Shown here: positions 55,173-64,000 of the stretch, in pieces
How the letters are laid out: each line of letters begins with the position of its first letter
Position numbering within the stretch: position 1 is the first letter of the stretch
Origin: Octopus bimaculoides
Taxonomy: Eukaryota
Direction: 5' to 3'
Length of the DNA stretch: 64,000 nt
NCBI RefSeq assembly: GCF_001194135.2
Contig: NC_068985.1
Span: forward strand, 54,327,659-54,391,658
The notes under the pieces: generated by a model
What the model was told of the DNA's origin: nothing
Database searches by the model: none
The model's input: the letters and a program-made list of their open reading frames with translations, nothing else
Made by a program: the position numbers and the translations under genes

Positions 55173-55409
55173 TTGCTGCACTTACAACCCGAATGTTGCC
55201 AACGTTTTATGCAAAAATTTGGCTTCTTTTCAAACATGAAGAGTGCTTCCCACTTTTACCTACTTCACCACCTAACAACAGTTGTAGCACAAGCTTTCTA
55301 CGAAATGTTGCATACCAAACACTACAAAAATAATGGGGATTTTTATGGTTGTTTCACTAGGTTTCTAATTCTGGTCATTGAAAACTCTCGACTACTAAAA
55401 AATGATTAA
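55173..55409 (+). pseudogene. Decayed LRR-coding relic (78-aa open stretch)
   Basis: FSNMKSASHFYLLHHLTTVVAQAFYEM (two FxxM anchors 23 aa apart) and FYGCFTRFLILVIENSRL. Confidence 0.55.
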
Positions 55410-56500
55410 TTAAAAGCACTTTTGAATAACATGTCTGAATTGATAAGGATTATTTTCCTGCAATAATTTTCTTTTTAAATGTTCCATAAGGCAACAATGA
55501 AGTAACTTAGGAAACATTCTAATATAAGCAATCATATTGTCTAAAACTCAGTTACATGATCATGCATGATTAATTCAAAATAATGTGAATAAATACGCAA
55601 TGCTTTTGAGAGAGTAATCTGAATGGTAAAGGGCTAAAGACAGCTTGTGTCTAATGCTGTGGTTGGATAGATAACCTAAGTTAACTGTTATCAATGAGAG
55701 CTATGGGTCAGAAGGAGACAACTAAAGAAAGTATTTCATTAACTTCTCTGACCAAGACTATCATGTCTTTACTGTTTGAGTATGTATCCTAAATTTTAAG
55801 AACTTAATAACATGCTGACTCATATTTTAAAGACAGCAAAGCATTTGTAAAGGAAATTTCACTGTTACGCTGGACAGATCAAATATTCAAAATTGCTGTA
55901 GTGAGATTGTTGTCTGTTGAAGATTTTGTATCTGGTTCAGAGCATTATATATATTGATTAATTGATAAATAAAACAAAATCAGTATTGTTATTGTGATAA
56001 CAAATAATTATCTCTAATACAAGATAACAATCTAATTTATTAGCAATAGAACACTTTTTTTTTTTTTTTTTACAATCACTAAAAGACGCACTTCAGTCAA
56101 TTTTGTCAGATCTTCAAATTAGATCATAGGCAAATTAGGCAGAGATAAATACTTTAGAAGATTTGCATTTTCTCAATAACTCAACATAGAATCTACATGC
56201 TTACAACAATTCCTACAGAACTGCTCAAGAAACTAAATGAATTTTTTATATTCTAAAATCTTGAAAAAATAACTGACACAACTGGACTATTGTTTCATTC
56301 TAAAACATATAAAGAAACTTTACCAATTAGACATAGGTGTGGCTATGTGGTAAGAAGCTTGCTTCTCAACTACATGGTTCCAGGTTCAGTCCCACTGCAT
56401 GCCACCTTGAGCAAGTGTCTTCTACAATAGCCTCGAGCTGACCAAAGCCTTGTGAGAGGATTTTGTAGACAGAAACTGAAAAGAAGTCCATCTTCTATAC

Positions 56501-56555
<55 letters not shown>

Positions 56556-57060
56556 TATGCATGTATACATCTATATCTATATGTGTGTCTTTGGGTCTAT
56601 GTTTGTCCCTACCACCACCACCACTTGACAACCCGTGTTGCTGTATTTCTCTCTCCATAATTTAGCAGCTCAGCTAAAGAGACTGAAAGAATAAGTGCCA
56701 GATTTAAAAAATAAGTCCTGGTGCTGATTTATATGAATAAAAATTGAAGGTGGTGTCCCAGTATGGCCACAGTCTAATGACTGAACCAAGTAAAAGATAA
56801 AAGATAAAATTAAGTTTTCAATATAGATGATTTAATTAAAATCTTTGCAAACAAGTGATTATGGTTATATTTCAATAAATTCCTCAGCATTTTCAGGCCT
56901 AGTTTTTCATATGAGTAAGACAGAATTTGTTGATGCAAATTTTCTATGGCCAGATGCCTTTCCTGTTGCCAACCGACATCTATTTCCAAATAAGGTAACA
57001 CTTCCCCATTCGTGGCCAGACATGTGATCATGGAAGATTGAAAACAAAGGACACACACAA

Positions 57061-57133
<73 letters not shown>

Positions 57134-60100
57134 CATTCATGCAATGGGCTTCTTTCAGTTTCCATCTACCAAATCCACTTATAAGGCATTAGTTAGCCTG
57201 AGACTATACTAGAAGACACTTACCCAAAGTGTCACATGGTGAGACTGAACCCGAAACCATTTGGTTGGGAAGCAAACTTCTTCACTACTGAGCCATGCCT
57301 ACTCTTGGAATTGTGTATAAGTCATTCAAAACAGGAAGATACTGTTTCATTCTATTTACTCTAAGTTACTCTTTACCTGGGCAAAAATACTTCCATAATC
57401 AAAGGAATTAAATGAATCATGTAACAAAAAAAAAACCCATTTAAACAAGAAAAGCATCCATGAAAATATCTTTCAAATATTCCCTCGAATCAAATGATAC
57501 TAGGAAACCAAAAATGAATGTTAAATATTCAGGAAATTGAATTGTTGTGGTTAGGCAATAGTGACCTCAATTTCATGTATATGCCTAAGACTGAAAAGAG
57601 ATGGTGATGTGGGGAGAGTTAAGGTGCTGAAGAAACCAGATTTTTTGCTTTTCTCCCTCCACTATTTAATATTAAACATTTCTTCTAGAAATAATCTTAA
57701 AAGTCAAAATACCAAAATGTTACTTGATTCATAAATATATTGATTTCAAATTCTGGCACAAGGCCAGCAATTTGGGGGAGGGCGTAAGTCCAGTTTATCA
57801 ACCTCAATACTCTACTAGTACTTATTTTGTCAACCCTGAAAGATGAAAGGTATAAAGTCAACCTTGGTGGAATTTGAACTCAGAACAAAAAGATGGATGA
57901 AATGCTGCCAAGCATTTTTCCTGGAATGCTAACAATGCAGCCAACTCACCACCTTATTTGCAGCATAAATATATTATTACTTAAACAGTTTCCCATCATA
58001 AAGGAATGGCTTCCTCTGATCAAGTTTTACACAGCTTAAAAAATTACATAATACTAAAACAGACACCCTAGAAATCTTATAGAAGCCATGTTGACACATA
58101 GTAGTTTAAAACAACCTGCACATATGGCTATGTGGTTAAGAAGCTCACTTTGCAACCATGTGATTTTAGGTTCAGTTCCACTGTATGGTACTTTGGACAA
58201 GTTCCTTCTATTATAGTCGAAGGCCAACCAATACCTTGAGAGAAACTGTGTGGACATCAATGATATATATTTGTGTATGTGTGTTTGTGTATGTGTGTTT
58301 GTGTCTGTACTTGTCCTCCTACACCAATTAACAACTGGTGTTGGTTTGTTTATATCCATATAACTTGGTAGTTCAGCAAAAGAGATTAATAGGATAAGTA
58401 TCAGAATTTTTTAAATCCTTGAAGGTGGCACTCCAGGTGACTGAAACAAATAAAAGTTAAAAGATACGAAATGAAGATAAGTAATTTTTAGAGAAATCTC
58501 CAGTTCCAATTTCCACGATCAAGAGTTGCCCTTTTTGTTGCAAACATTTACACACATACACTTTCATACATAAAGTACATGCTTCCTGACCAGTTTACAG
58601 CACATTCACATTTAAAATTGAGAAATTTTGCTTTCCATAATCTTACACTTTTTTGTAGCAGTTAGTTATTTAAATTCTAAGATTATTCCATATAAATCAG
58701 CTTCTCTCATCACTGCATCTTTGTGAAGGTTTTATATTTTGCATCTAAATATAACAATATATTTTATGTACTTTAATCAAATTAATGCTATTTCAATTAA
58801 TTATTCTGGAAGATATTTCTACAAAATGTCGTTTAATAGTGACTGTAATAAAGCTGTCTACATTTATATTTAACACATTTGTGTACACTCAAATGTAGAA
58901 AGACCTTTGCTGCAGTAACTGTCATGGAAGTGAAATTCGCCTAAAAGACAATGTGTGTGAAAACACACTGAGCTGAGTTATGATCATCATCAGACTGTAG
59001 GAAGTGCTTCTGCATCATTATGCTTCATCAGCTACAAACACTGAAACTGTTGTTCATAGCCCACTAAGAACTGCCATTCTTATATGAAAACAGCAAATAA
59101 TAAACTTGCTGGTGTGTGCAAAGCTTTGTCAAGTTGGAAATAATAAATTAAAGATGTACTAAGCAGTATACAGGTCTTGTTACCATACCACTTCCTAAGG
59201 AGGTCTAATTGTTTTTAACCAGTTGGCTTCAAAGATAAAATCTATTCATCTTTTACCTTTTAATTGCTTCAGTCATTTGATTGTGGCCATGCTGAGGTAC
59301 TGCCCTTTTTTTTTCTTTAATATTTCCAAGACTACATAGAAAATTTTACTGTTTTAGTAATTACAAACTCTTTTTTCAGAACTGGATGAAACAATCTAAT
59401 TTGCTGTAACATCTAACAAAAAAATAAAAATATGTAATGATTGATTTCAGAATTAATATACATTCGTGTTTGCTTGTTTATTTCTTTTTAAACTTAGGTT
59501 GCCATTTTATTCTCAATTTATTATTGTAAAATTCATACAGAATAGAGTACATATAGTAAATCAATAAGTTCTACAGGATTCAATCATTCATTGCCAATCT
59601 TAAGTTCAATCGTTGTGTCATGTATTTCTGCTGCACTACTTTGTTACAGATCATTTATTTATTTTTAATGATATAGATTTTAGTAAAATAAACTTGTCAT
59701 TATTAAATTTCTTGCTACCAACTCACCTGAAACTACTTCTGATTCTATGATACAAGCTTTCACTTTTAAAGAGAACTAAATTAAAACCTTCCACCAAAAT
59801 TTCATACTGATTTATATTTCAAACACAAGCTTAATGACAAAGTCATTTTACTAAATTCTTCTTTTGAAATGAAACTGATGTATTTCAACAGAAATATGAT
59901 AATGAAAAAGTTAAGTTAGTGCTTGGAAAATATAATAACATGAAATTTTGATAGAAGGCTTAAATTTAGATCATTTAAAAAAAAGAAATTTGTACCATAG
60001 AAATAGGAATGATTTCAGATCTTATGGTGTCAAAAGGGTTAATATTGATTGAGCAATAAACTTCTGAAACTAGAATCATAAAGTATAAAAATTCCAGTAA

Positions 60101-60249
60101 ACCATTTTACTCTAAGAAAAGGGATTTTTTTTTCAAGCAGTTTGGCAATGATATAGTTTTGTAATATTTGCAATACAATAACTTGCATTCATGTATCCTG
60201 TTGTTGACTTGCATAAGCAATTATCTATCTTCAATATTTTCAAGTGTTT

Positions 60250-60890
60250 CAAGATAACCATCTAATTCTTTAGCAACATAGCACTAAGCTTTATAATTTT
60301 ACTATTACTAAACTAAGAGATGCTTCAGTCAATTTTTGTCAGATGTTCAAATTAGATCATTAACAAATAAATAATTAGCCAGAGATAAATATTCCAAAAT
60401 ATTTCAGTTTTTCCGACCACTCAGTTATTTAACATGGAATCCACATGCTTACATTCCTTCTTAGAGGTTGACTCTATAAAAGAAACTAAATCAATTCTGG
60501 AATATTCCAAAAGTTTTATAATTACAATTAACATAATTGGATAGTTTCATCCTAAAGCATTTAAACTTATCTACATTACAAACCTAATTAGCTAATTCAA
60601 TTCAAATCTCAAACAAAAGATCATCCCCTATGCTTGGGCTTTCATTTGACTAAAACATTATTGGTTTGGGGATATATTTTAATCCACACTGTCATAACAA
60701 GTCTTTTGCTAATGAACCCATACATTTAGCTCAAAACTTACTTTCATCTAAATATTCTTAGAGCTGCAAGTAATAATCCAAATAATACTAAAATTTTAGA
60801 TGATTACTAATATAGTTTCTTAAGAATTACCAATACAATGTTTTACTGATTTATTAAGTTTGGCACAAATTACTTTATTAAGCAGGTTAC
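60250..60890 (+). pseudogene. Decayed LRR-coding relic, paralogous to 56020-56335
   Basis: FQDNHLI, FHPKAFK, SFANEPIHLAQNLLSS (60702), TKILD, ELPIQCFTDLLSLAQITLL (60824-60880), in shifting frames. Confidence 0.5.
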
Positions 60891-63035
60891 ATTCAAGTCT
60901 AAATGTTACCAGCGCAAAAATCATGGTTACAAAGTTATGCTGACACCCCACCCTACACTCACAATATAAAGCCATCACTACACATAAATTGTTCCGAGGT
61001 ACTGCAGATTATTCAGTCATATCATGTGTAGAACACATAAACACACTTAACAAATAAACATTTTTTGGTTGCTATATAATAGTATTAAAAAATATATAAA
61101 AATGTGTTCTGGTACTACTACAGAAAGCCACCCACCCCTAAGCTCATTAATTTGGTGGATGGAAACTGAAAGAAAACTGTTGTGTGTGTGTGTGAATATG
61201 CTCACATATTGTTTGTTTTGGTGAAGGTTGCAACTTATGGACAGAGCTGTTGTTACTTTGCATGTCAATAAGTCATCTGCTCAATTTGCACCTTCAAAGC
61301 CAAACAGAATAAAAGATCCCTTACTTCAGAAACAGGTAAGGGTTAGCATCAGGAAGAGCATCCAGCCATAAAGCAATGTCTTGATAACATATTCATCTAA
61401 CCTATGCAAGCACAGAAAAAAGATGAATGTAAAAAAAAACAAATACAGTGGATATATACATTGTATGTAACATTGTCAAAACTGCCTGACTAGTCTTCCT
61501 TTTAGAGTGAGAAAGTACTTCAAGTCCTTATCAGCTACTGACCCTCTTTGGGTGACATTTATGTTACCCAATCCAGTGCTCCATATATCAGGATCATATC
61601 TAAGAGGCAAAGACTCATTTACCAATATATTTCAACCACCATTATTCCACAGCACACAATCTTCTATTTAATGCAACTTTCTTCACCACCACCAACAGTG
61701 CTGCACATATATATATATATTTTTTACCTTAAAGATTGCTAGATCCCTACCTCCTTCTGTGATGAAAATGAAATAATTATTTTTAGACTGGCAAAATTTT
61801 GAAAATATTAGGCAAGTATGTTTTATTCATTTCTATTTGTCAGAAAATATCATGCTTATAGAAACTAGAGAAGTATCTAATCCAGTCTGGTTTACCTCAA
61901 TAATGTACCCACTATTTACCTCAATAGTGTACCAAACTCAGATCTTGCAAATTATATAATGGCTTTCCATTGCTCTAAAAGCACAAAGCCCTTCCTAAAG
62001 AGAAAAAGTATCAAACCCTGTTATATCAAAAATATTATTCATTGATGCTGACAGAATAAAAAGTAAATTCATCTAAAGTGGATTTGATCTCAGAAATTTG
62101 AAACACTGAACTTTAGATATTATGGAACATATTGCCATGTTAAGCACCAACTACCATTAGTGCCACTTAGCTAAAAAGAAATGACCTAATTACATCAAAT
62201 GTCCCGACTTGACTCCTAAGAAGCCATAAATACATTAAACACACTACTGTCACCATGTCATGCAGTACCAATAATACCAAAATAACTTCTTTTGTCTAAT
62301 CTAATTCCAAATATTTATATGTTTTTGTTAATAATTTGCTTTGTTTAAATAAATAGATACACAATTCAAACATTCTTTCAGTTTTATATAAGTGAAAAAT
62401 CTTTTGAATTCTCTCACAGCAATGTTCTGACAAAGAAATTTGCAATATACAAAATTATCTTCCTGTCCACAAGTAAAAGCAGTTCAGTAAAATCAGTTAT
62501 ATTTTAGAAAAGTTATGAATCTCAAAAATACCAATAAAAAATTTTTTTTTTAATTTAAAAAAAAAGAACATATCAAGTTCTAAGAAGACTAACTAAAATA
62601 GATTAAATATTTGTAAGCAATAGAGAAAACAATCTATTTTAGACTCTTTAAAACAAAGTGCTCTTCTTTTGCAGCTACAAAAATAATAAACAAACAACAA
62701 AATATAAATATTGCTTGATGTTTAAACTAAGAAATCCATCATCTCCACAAGTAAAAATGTTAAAAGATTCCAAACAACCTAAAAACACAAAGAATGACAT
62801 TTCAGATAAATTTAAAACTTACTTTAATAAATTATGAAATATGAAGTTCTTTTATAAATTAATTACATTTTTTTTTTTTTTTTTAAATACTCAACTATAT
62901 AATTGAAAAATACGTAATGGTTAATAATCATGCTTTGAACAGATTAGTTTCAACAATTTAATACAATAATACACAATAAAGATATCAGATGGTATCAGAT
63001 GAAAATTTCAAATAAATGTAGTAGTAGTAGTAGCA

Positions 63036-63107
<72 letters not shown>

Positions 63108-64000
63108 GTAAGTGTAATAATATTATTAGCCACTAAAATAACTAGCTATATCTAGACAGCTGCCAAGCCTATTTGCTCTAAACCAAAGCAATGAAGTATG
63201 AGAGATGATGATTAAGTACAAATTTAATACGAAAACCTTAAGGTAGCTTTGTCAAGCAAAGAAGAAAAAAAACAAACAAGTCAGAACTATTAGAGAAATA
63301 TGAACTTTTACAATAGCAAGAAAAGTTCATGAAAATGTTAAAATAAATCTACCTTTAGAATGTCTTCGAAATCATGCATGTCAATGATGAAGAGCCATCA
63401 AGGTGTTGTTATTTGAAAACTATCTTAGTAACAAATATGCACGTGCAAAGAATATTTAAAGGATGAAAACATTGTCAAAGCCTCAATAAAATATTTATAT
63501 ATATCAAGCTTGCAAGTCAATTACACAACACACAAACAGTTTTTTCTTGCACTCTAAGATTTAATTTGGTTCGATTTAATCAATTTGAATTTATAATAAT
63601 AGACTTATTAAGCTCAAGTAAGTTTAACAATGAAATTACTGGTAAAACATTTTTTTAAAAAAGCAGAGATTACCTGAGATTAAAAAACATTAACCATGAA
63701 AAAATTTTTTTTTTTTTTTCTCTCAGTGGAAAAGATAAAATGAGACCAACAAACCAGTTCTCAAGAATGTTTAAAATTCCAATTTAAATAATTAATGATT
63801 GGCTTCCTTTATTTCATTTGACTTTAAACTAAATCAAACTTTGAGGTGAGAATAAAAATTCCTTATTAAAATATTAAAAACAAAACCATACAAATATAAA
63901 ACTGCAACCTTAAAATTGCACTTATAATTCCTATATATTCTATCTGATAAAAATTTTACACAGTAAATTGTTGAAAATAAATGTTTCCAAGATTAGCTAA

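Noticed and set aside
62690-62778. Good minus-strand acceptor followed by CLESFNIFTCGDDGFL (WD40-like)
   Set aside because: No donor, runs into a stop, and has no partner exon.

Overview
AT-rich, microsatellite-laden eukaryotic DNA from a gapped short-read assembly (7 N-gaps). The interspersed repeat families match my recollection of Octopus/coleoid cephalopod repeats; this was not checked against a database. No intact cellular gene is present. One good internal exon lies on the minus strand (7030-7115), with a weaker candidate at 6000-6049. About a third of the window is recognisable transposon debris: RTE, CR1/L2-like, Penelope-like (RT + GIY-YIG), Dong/R4-like and HERO-like retroelements, two Tc1/mariner elements with TIRs, TTAA- and TA-type MITEs, and three SINE families. 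The least expected signal is in the apparently unique DNA between repeats. From roughly 13 kb to the window end it repeatedly translates on the + strand into stop- and frameshift-ridden leucine-rich-repeat (LRR) motifs and includes a diverged internal duplication, suggesting a fossil tandem LRR gene array. AT-rich DNA makes LRR-like motifs by chance, so this needs a profile test. Repeat boundaries are approximate unless TIR/TSD bases are quoted.
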